This document shows, in pieces, positions 56,701-64,000 of a stretch of 64,000 nt of DNA. The notes under the pieces are model-generated. The model had not been told where the DNA came from, searched no databases, and saw only the letters and a list, made by a program, of their open reading frames with translations. Source of the DNA: the human T2T-CHM13v2.0 reference genome, Homo sapiens; NCBI RefSeq assembly GCF_009914755.1, contig NC_060927.1; one strand, given 5' to 3'. Position 1 is the stretch's first letter, and each line of letters starts with the position of its first letter. The position numbers and the translations under genes are program-made.

Positions 56701-59700
56701 TTTTATAAAGGGGAGTTTCCCTGCACAAATACTCTCTCTTGTCTGCTGCCATGTAAGGTGTGCCTTTTGCCTTCCACCATGATTGTGAGGCCTCCCCAGC
56801 CATGTGGAACTGTGAGTCCATTAAACCTGTTTTTATTTATAAATTACCCAGTCTTGGGTAGTATGTCTTTATCAGCAGCATTAGAACATACTATTACAGC
56901 CCACATCATAAAGTTAGAAAGGTCTCAATTTAACAACCAAACATCACCACTAAAAGTACTGGAGAACCAAGAGCAAAACAACGCCAAAGTTAGCAGAAGA
57001 CAAGAAATAACCAAAATCGTAGTTGAAGTGAAGGAAATTGAGACACAAAAAAACTATACAGAAGATCAACAAATGCAAGTGTTTTTTTAAAAAAAATGTT
57101 AATGAAATAGATATATTGCTAGCTGGACTAATAAAGAAAAGAAAGAAAATCCAAGTAAATACAATTAGAAACAACAAAGGAGATATTACCACTGATCCTA
57201 CAGAAATACAAATTACTATCAGAAAATATTATGAACACTCTATTAACATAAGCTAGAAAACTAGAAGAAATGGATGAATTTCTAGACACACACTCTCTCA
57301 AGACTGAGCCAGAGAGAAATTCAATTCCTGAACAGATCAATAACGAGCTCCAAAATTGAATCTGTAATAAATAGCCTACCAACTGAACAAAGTCCAGAAC
57401 CAGACAGGTTTACAGCCAAATTCTACCAGGTGTACAAAGAGAGCTCATACATCTCTACTAAAACTATTCCAAAAAATGGAGAAGGGCAAACTCCTCCTTA
57501 ACTCATTCTGAGGCACACATCATCCTGATACCAACATCTGACAGAGAGGCAACAAAAAAAGAAAACTTATTCCAATATTCTTGATAAACATAAATGCAAA
57601 AATCCTCAAAAAAATACTGGCAAACAGAATTCAGCAGCACATCAAAAAGCTTATCCACCACAATTAAGTAATCTTTATCCCTGGGATACAAGGTTGGTTC
57701 AATGTACACAAATCAATAAATGTGATTCATCACATACAGAACTAAAGACAAAACCACATGATTATCTCAAATGATGCAAAAAATCCCTTTGATAAAATTC
57801 AATACTTCTTCATGTTAAAAACTCTCAATAACTAGCTATTGAAGGAACACACTTCAAAATAATAAGAGCCATGTATGACAAACCCACAGGCAACATCGTA
57901 CTGAATTGGCAAAAACTAGAAGCATTCCCCTTGAAAACCAGCACAAGACCAGCACAAGAGAGCACAGGACCTCTCACCACTCCTCTTCAACATACTAGTG
58001 GAAATCTTGGCCAGAGTAATCAGGTAAGAAAAAGAAATAAAAGTATCCAAATAGGAAGAGAGAAAGTCAAACTTTCCCTGTTTGCAGACATCATCTTATA
58101 TCTAGACAACTCCATAGTCTCAGCCCAAACATTCCTTAAGCTGATAAAGAACTTCAGCAAAATGTCAGGATACAAAATCAATATGCAAAAATCACTAACA
58201 GTCCTATACACCAACAACATCAAGCTGACAGCCAAATCAAAAATGCACTCCCATTCACAATGGTCACAAAAAGAATACAGTATCTAGGAATACAGGTAAC
58301 CAAGGAGGTGAAAGATCTCTATAACTAGCACTACAAGACACTGCTCAAAGAAATAAGAGCTGCCACAAATAGAAAAACATTCCATGCTCATGGATAGGAA
58401 GAATCAATATTGTTAAAATGACCATACTGCCCAAAGCAGTATTTAGATTCAATGCTGTTTCTATCCATTTATCAATGACACTTTTCTGAGAACTAGAAAA
58501 AACTATTTTAAAATTGCTATGGAGCCAATGAAGAGCCCAAATAGCCAAAACAATCCTAAGCAAAAAAAAAAAAAAGCTGAAGGCATCATACTACCCAACT
58601 TCAAACTATAGTACAGGGCTATAGTAACCAAAACAGCATAGCAGTTACAAAAATTGACCCATAGACTAATGGAACAGAATAGAGAGCCCAGAAATAATGC
58701 CATACACCTACAACTATCTGATCTTCAACAAAGTTGACAAAAACAAGCAATGGGGAAAGGACTCCCTAGTCAATAAATGGTGCTGGGATAGCTGGCTAGC
58801 CATATGCAGATAACTGAAGCTGGACCCCTTCCTTACATTATATACAAAAATTAACTCAAGATGAATTAAAGACTTAAATGTAAAAGGCAAAACTATATAA
58901 ACGCTGGAAAACACCTAGGAAATACCATTCTGGTCGTAGGAACAGGCAAAGATTTTATGAAGAAGATATCAAAGAAAATTGAAACAAAAGCAAAACTTGA
59001 CTAATTGAATCTATTAATAATTAAGCTAAAGAGCTTCTGCAAAGCAAAAGAAGCTAACAAAAGGGAAAACAGACAGAATGGGAGAAAAATTTTGCAAACT
59101 ATGCATTTGAGAAATGTCTAATATCCAACAGCTATAAAGAACTTAAATAAATTTACAAACAAAACAGAAGCAACCCCATTAAAATGTGGGCAAAGGACAT
59201 TAACAGACACTTTTCAAAAGAAGACATACATGCAGCCAAGAAGCATACGAAAAATGCTCAATGTCACTGATCACTAGAGAAATGCAATTCAAAACCACAA
59301 TGAGATACCATCTCACATCAGTCAGAATAGCTACTTTTAAAATGTTAAAAAATAATAGGTGCTGGCAAGGCTGCAGAGAAAAGGGAATGCTTATAAACTT
59401 TTGTTAAGAGTATAAATTAGTTAAACCATTGTGGATTTCCAGTGTGGTGATTTCTCAGCCTGTGTGGTGATTCCTCAAAGACCTGAAAACAGAACTACTA
59501 TTTAACCCACAAATCCCATTATTGAGTATATACGCAAAGGAATATAAATCATTATATCATAAAGACACATACACACATACGTTCACTGCAGCACTATTCA
59601 CGATAGCAGAAAAATTGAATCAACCTAAATGCCCATCAATGGCAGATAAAGAAAATGTGGTGCATATACCCCATGAAATACTATGCAGCCATAAAAAAGA

Positions 59701-60033
59701 ATGAGATCGTGTCCTTTACAGGAACATGGATGGAGATGGAGGCCATTATCCTTAGCAAACTAACCCAGGAACAGAAAACCAAATACCATATGTTCTCACT
59801 TTTAAATGGGAGCTAAATGATGGGAACACATGGAGACACAGAGAGTAACAACAGACACTGGGGCCTACCGGAGGGTGGAGGGTGGGAGGAGGGGAGGATC
59901 AGGAAAAATAACTAATGGGTACTAGGCTTAATACTTGGATGATGAAATAATCTGTACAACAAACTCCCATGACATGAGTTTACCGATGTAACAAACCTGC
60001 ATATGTACCCTCGAACTTGAAAGCTAAAAAAAG
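53760..60033 (+). mobile_element. Near full-length (about 6.3 kb) older primate L1 (L1PA13-16/L1PREC2/L1PB-like), ORFs disrupted
   Basis: GC-rich 5'UTR, ORF1 remnants, endonuclease peptides (VAILISDKTDFKPTK, GDFNTPLTILDRSSRQKINKD), RT remnant (LSLFAD), 3'UTR and short A tail. Confidence 0.95.
56537..56898 (+). mobile_element. THE1 (MaLR) solo LTR inserted into L1 ORF2
   Basis: cccaaatctcatcttgaattgtag...gattgtgaggcctccccagccatgtggaactgtgag...ctattaca; TSD gctca / gccca. Confidence 0.92.
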
Positions 60034-60244
60034 ATCAAATATAGCCTTTCCTGTCATATTAAAAAATGGAAAGTCTTTTATTTATATAAATATCTGCTGA
60101 CCAGAGAAAATCATGCTCTAGGGTATTAACAGTTTTATAAATACCAATGTCTAGTTCAGTTGTTTCAAACATTTGTAATACAGTTAGATTATTATGTCAC
60201 AGTTTGCCTTCCTCCCTAAGATCCCCTGACCTCTTAAATGCTTT

Positions 60245-61585
60245 TTTAAAAATTTGCAGATGTTAAGATTCACTCCTTTTGCTGTAGAGTTCAATGGGTT
60301 TTGAGAAATACATGATGTCATATCCACCATTACAATATCATACAGAATATTTTCACTGCCCTAAAAAATTGTTTGTGTTTCACCTATCTAATCTTCCGTC
60401 CCCACAATCCCCTGGAAACCACTGATGTCTTTATTGTCTCTGTAGTTTTGTTGCTCTACAGCCTTGCTCTGCAACCTTAGCATTGTCAAATTATCGCCTT
60501 TCTAATAAGTGTGCAGTTTATTCACTCTTGTTTTAATTTGAAATTCCCTAAACACAAATGATGTTGAACATGTTTTCATGTTTATATGCCATTGGTACAT
60601 CTTTGGTGAGTTGTACCACCAAACAGTTGTACCACTGTTTAAAACTTATCTCATTTTAAAAATTGCATTGCTTTCTATTTTTCAATTTTGCGTTCTTTTG
60701 TATATTTATATGTTTTTTAGGTACTTTCTCCCAGTCTGTAGCTTTTTTTTTTTCATTCTCTTGACAGTGTCATTCACAAGCAGAAGTTTTTAATTTCATT
60801 AAAGTCCAAATTATCAAATTTTACTTGTATAGATTTTGCTTTTGGTATTGTAGTTAAAACTCATCATCAAACTAAAAGTCACCTATATTTTCTTCTGGAA
60901 GTTTTATTGTCTTGCATTTTACATTTAGGTCTATGATTCTCTTCAGTGATTTGATTTCTGTCATTTCATTTTAATTCTTTCTTAGAGTTTGCATTTGTTT
61001 ACATTACGTATCTGTTCTTGCATCTTGTCTACTTTTTTTGCTACAGCCCTTAGCATATTAATCATAATTATTTTAAATTCCCTGTGTCATAATTCTAAAA
61101 TTTGTGTTATATCTGACGCTTGCTTTCCCTCTTCAGCCTGTGTTTTTTCTTGCCTTTTCTCACATCTTGTAGTAACGTATTGAAACCAGACATGATGCAC
61201 TGAGTAACAGGAATGAAGATAAATAGGCCTTTAGTGCAAAGTTTTATGTTAATCTGGCTAATAGTTGGAGTACATTTAATGTTTGTTGTTATTGCAGGTA
61301 CCAGAAACTTTAAATTTCCCTAGCACCTTTGCTTTTGTTCCCCCGTTGTCTTTGTGTTTCCTATAGAACTCCCTCTGAAATGGAGTCTGTGTCTTGCATG
61401 TCTTTCAGCTACAATCCACTGTTGATATGGTATAAAGGATGGGCTGAGAGGAAGCATTCTACTATCTTTTGATTTAATCTCATTCTTTTACTGAGGCTGT
61501 GTCACTGGGCTGTGACCTTCACAAGGGTTTCTTAGGTTTTTCCTCCTGTAAGGTAAGGCAGAAAGATTAGAGGGACAGGGGTTGG
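60245..61585 (-). mobile_element. Old L1M (L1MC/MD-like) fragments
   Basis: tagagttcaatgggttttgagaaatacat; ttttaatttgaaattccctaaacacaaatgatgttgaacat. Confidence 0.7.
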
Positions 61586-62280
61586 ATAACTGCAAAAGAC
61601 ATAACAAGAGAAAAATAGAGGTTTATTAACATGTATATTATATATATGTGTGTGTATATATATACATTGTGTATATATATACAATATATATACATGTATA
61701 TATATACATGTATATATACTGTATATATACATGTATATATATACACATAATATATATATACAATGTGTATATATATACATGTATATATATACACATAATA
61801 TATATATACATTGTGTATATATATACACATTGGTGACACCCAGGAATTGAGTCTTTCTCAAAAAGGTGGCTTTGAATTCCAACTTATATGGCATCTTCAA
61901 CGAAGAACAATAGATTTTTACAGACGTGACAAAGTAAAAGAAAACAACGTAGAGTTTCTAAGGGCAGCAAATTGTGGCAAGGCAAATACATGGTAGATAA
62001 AAACTAGTTGATAAAGCTCATTAAATGTGTATTTTTCTGGTGCCGTCTCTTTAGACCAATAAGGATCTAAAGTTGTGTTCAGTGGTTAAGTTTTGTCCTC
62101 CCTGATAGAGAAGAAGGAAGGGATATCTTTTGTCTTTCTAAACGTATGTCCTACTTGTAGGCCAATAAAGGGAGGGCAGAAAACGTTCCTGCATCTGTGT
62201 CTTTTTAATTGCCTTTAGCTTAAAACAATACTTATGCCAAAGAGGCTTATTTTGGGGTGGCCTATTCTGGTATCCCAGAG
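61586..62280 (-). mobile_element. MER4-group ERV1 LTR fragment carrying an expanded AT repeat
   Basis: taacaagagaaaaatagaggtttattaacatg; aattgcctttagcttaaaacaatacttatgccaaagaggcttattttggggtgg. Confidence 0.65.
61630..61830. repeat. TA/CA-rich minisatellite
   Basis: Repeated gtatatatatacat / tatatatacacataatatatatataca units. Confidence 0.93.
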
Positions 62281-62547
62281 TGGAAATGTTTTTTTACTAG
62301 ACTTTGGTACCTGAGGTATTCTGGCTTTATAAGAGAAGTTGGGACAAGTTTCCTCCTTTATTTCCTGAAATAATTTGTTTAGTATTGATACTATTTTCTT
62401 GTTATATGTTTGCTAGAGTTCATCTGTAAAGTCACATGGACCTAATGTTTAATTTGGGAATGTTCTTGAATTTTCTGGAATCATTTCAAATATCTCATTA
62501 TTCTTCCTCCAATATCTTTAGAATATTTCTCCTTTTCTCTGGTATTG

Positions 62548-62552
<5 letters not shown>

Positions 62553-62596
<44 letters not shown>
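62553..62596. repeat. (TC)n microsatellite
   Basis: Visible directly in the sequence. Confidence 0.95.
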
Positions 62597-62599
<3 letters not shown>

Positions 62600-63109
62600 G
62601 TATTTTTGATCGATTCACCAAATTTATTAATCTACTTAAAGAACACATTTTTAATTTTTTATATTTCTCTGTTGTTTGTTTTGTATTACATTAATTTCTA
62701 CTCTACTCTTACCTTTATATTTCTTCTCATGTGTTTTTATTATCATCCAGTTCAACATATAGATGCTCCTCAACTCTGGGTGGGGCTATGTCCTATAAAA
62801 TGAAGTTTAGCCTAATGCTGCCTCCTTGTAAGTTGATCTAATAGTTACTTCATACGTTGTATCTAAACACTGCCCCTCTCCATATCATTTCCCCACCTTC
62901 TCTTCCCACACACAAATTCTTTCCTGTAATTGGGGTGTTTCTTTCTGGAGCATAATTAAGGAAGAAGAAATAGAGGTGTGGTCTCCAATTAACTATTATG
63001 AGTTTTAGACCTAATTTGCTAATTAGGGTAATCCAAATATTTTACATTTTACTAATTTTAAGTTTTTTTGACAATGGGGGTCACAATAGTTACATCTTAC
63101 TAGTAGTAG

Positions 63110-63367
63110 TTTTTGATAGGGTCTGATTCTGCCAACCAGGCTGGAGTGCAGTGGCACAGTTATACCTCACTGTAGCCTTGACTTCCTGGGCTCAAATGAT
63201 CCTCTCCACTGAGCTGTCAGAGTAGCTAGGGCCACAAGCATGCACCATCACTCTTGGCTGATATATATATGTAGCCCAGGCTGGTATTGAACTCCTGGCC
63301 TGAAATGATCCTCCCATTTTGGACTCTCAAAGTGTTGGGATTACAATCGTGAGCCATACAGTTGGCC
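63110..63367 (-). mobile_element. AluJ with internal deletion
   Basis: ctcactgtagccttgacttcctgggctcaaatgatcctc; middle region shortened. Confidence 0.88.
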
Positions 63368-64000
63368 ATTTTTCTTTTTCCTTTTTATTATTATATGGTG
63401 GCTTCCTTATCATTAGATTTAGCATAGGGAAATGTTTTAATTCAATACTGCAATTAACTTAAATACATTACTTAATGTCTCTATCTCAGTTTGGTTATAT
63501 TTAAATAGGGTGATTATACGGCCTTTAGTAAGGTTGAAAATTAAAAGAGCTAACAAAATGTTCAGAAAAGTTCTTGTCATGTGATAAGCACTAATATCTA
63601 TTAGGGTGTCAGATGTTAGCTGTCATTCTTTTATTGTCTGAGAATTTAGGCAGATAACTCCAAGGCCAAGAATAGTAAGATAGGTGAAAACATCCCCTCA
63701 TCCCAAAGTAAGGTGCCAACTCAACTATACAGGACGTGTTAGAAGTTTGGTCATTTCAGCTAGCTTTTGATCTTTACCAACCCTGAAATTATGAAAGGAA
63801 GAAAGTTGAAAAGCCCACTGGAAATTTCTTTATAGAGAGTTATCAGTGTGGCTTGGTAAATACACTTTACCCTTCTCTGCTCATTTTCTAACACTGGATG
63901 AACCTAAAATAGCAGTAATCAAGAGGAGAATAAATTAGAGCAAGAAAATAAAGATTAAAAAATCACTCCAAGTTTCCACATCAAAGATTATCTGACCTGA

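Noticed and set aside
61532-61900. Tyr/Ile-rich repetitive ORFs (also 53098-53335)
   Set aside because: Translations of microsatellites.

Overview
This is AT-rich, CpG-poor primate (very likely human) intronic or intergenic DNA, not a prokaryotic locus. Roughly half is interspersed repeat: about 17 Alu/FAM copies, L1 elements of several ages, L2, MIR, MaLR (THE1, MLT1), ERV1 and ERV-K solo LTRs, and MER33/Tigger DNA transposons. I recognise no protein-coding gene, RNA gene or CpG island. The longer ORFs in the track come from Alu, L1 or LTR sequence or simple repeats. Best-supported oddities: three independent 5'-inverted (twin-primed) L1 insertions, one with a probable short 3' transduction; a three-level nested insertion with intact TSDs; an intact LTR14-family solo LTR; and a 145-bp local duplication. 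Several candidate exons with good splice signals may belong to an unidentified transcript, the best being a 36-nt + strand microexon at 52686-52721. I found no convincing new biological system. Repeat subfamily names are from memory of consensus sequences, and most repeat boundaries are approximate.
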